DNA of 64,000 nt, from assembly GCF_033153115.1 (NCBI RefSeq), contig NW_026889769.1, forward strand, positions 3,720,001 to 3,784,000, written 5' to 3'. The DNA comes from Saccostrea echinata (taxonomy: Eukaryota). The notes beneath the pieces were generated by a model that was not told the origin of the DNA, searched no databases, and saw nothing but the letters and a program-made list of their open reading frames with translations. Positions 63,556 to 64,000 of the stretch are shown here, in pieces. The stretch's first letter is position 1; the number at the start of each line of letters is the position of its first letter. A program made the position numbers and the translations under genes.

Positions 63556-64000
63556 CTACAATAAATAGATTTCATAGATTAATATTTTCATCAGGCCAAT
63601 AGCAGCAAATATCATAAGTTTTCAATTTGTTTGTGTGAGTAAATATATATACCTTTTGATGATATCTGATTCCCTTTTTATTTTTAAAATCATACAGAAG
63701 TTATAGTTATGAACATATCAAAATAGGATTAATTATTTACTGAACATGATAATAAAGTTATGAAGAGTAGAATAGTAAAGATTTCAATGTACAATATGAC
63801 TGATTTTGGAGTTACCCCCCACCCACCCCCCTTTTCTGTCACATATTGTATATATACATGTAATTTAGTAACACTACACACTCACTAAAACACACATATA
63901 TATAATGATTACAATTGATAATGTTCGAGGGATCCTTATTTTTTTCTTAGATGTAAGAAATACATAAATGCATTTAAAACAGTGACTTGAGATATGGGTC

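Larger units (their letters stand above)
56091..64000. mobile_element. PIF/Harbinger DNA transposon, autonomous two-gene type; right end probably beyond the window
   Basis: Terminus-like GGCTCCGGGATCATGAAAC at ~56091 with subterminal CTTA..TAAG palindromes, followed by a Myb/SANT-like gene and a convergent DDE transposase. Confidence 0.8.

Noticed and set aside
63640-63700. Possible further transposase exon ending AAAAG|GTATAT
   Set aside because: The open frame is in the wrong phase for the next exon and shows no Harbinger motif.

Overview
AT-rich eukaryotic genomic DNA with spliceosomal introns. The repeat families suggest a bivalve, probably an oyster (inference). Host genes: two tandem intronless C1QBP/MAM33-family paralogues (-); ALG8 glucosyltransferase (-, 12 exons reconstructed, first exon not found) with a U12-type AT-AC intron; a 5-exon RERG/RERGL-like atypical Ras GTPase (+); an intronless 788-aa signal-peptide, ~10-TM membrane protein of unrecognised family (-); and an ankyrin-repeat protein with an internal SOCS box between two ankyrin arrays (-). 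From ~56091 to the window end lies a PIF/Harbinger transposon with an intact spliced Myb/SANT-like gene (+) converging on a spliced HARBI1-like DDE transposase (-, 5' part probably beyond the window). The rest is dense with mobile DNA: miniature LTR elements with tRNA-derived LTRs (TRIM/Ajax type), long foldback MITEs with 8-bp TSDs, mariner, hAT and ISL2EU-like MITEs, a decayed Hero-like non-LTR retrotransposon, a tRNA SINE, a Penelope-like RT remnant and many Helentron-type elements carrying 146-179-bp tandem arrays. All exon structures were read by eye from splice signals and reading-frame continuity. No database searches were run.
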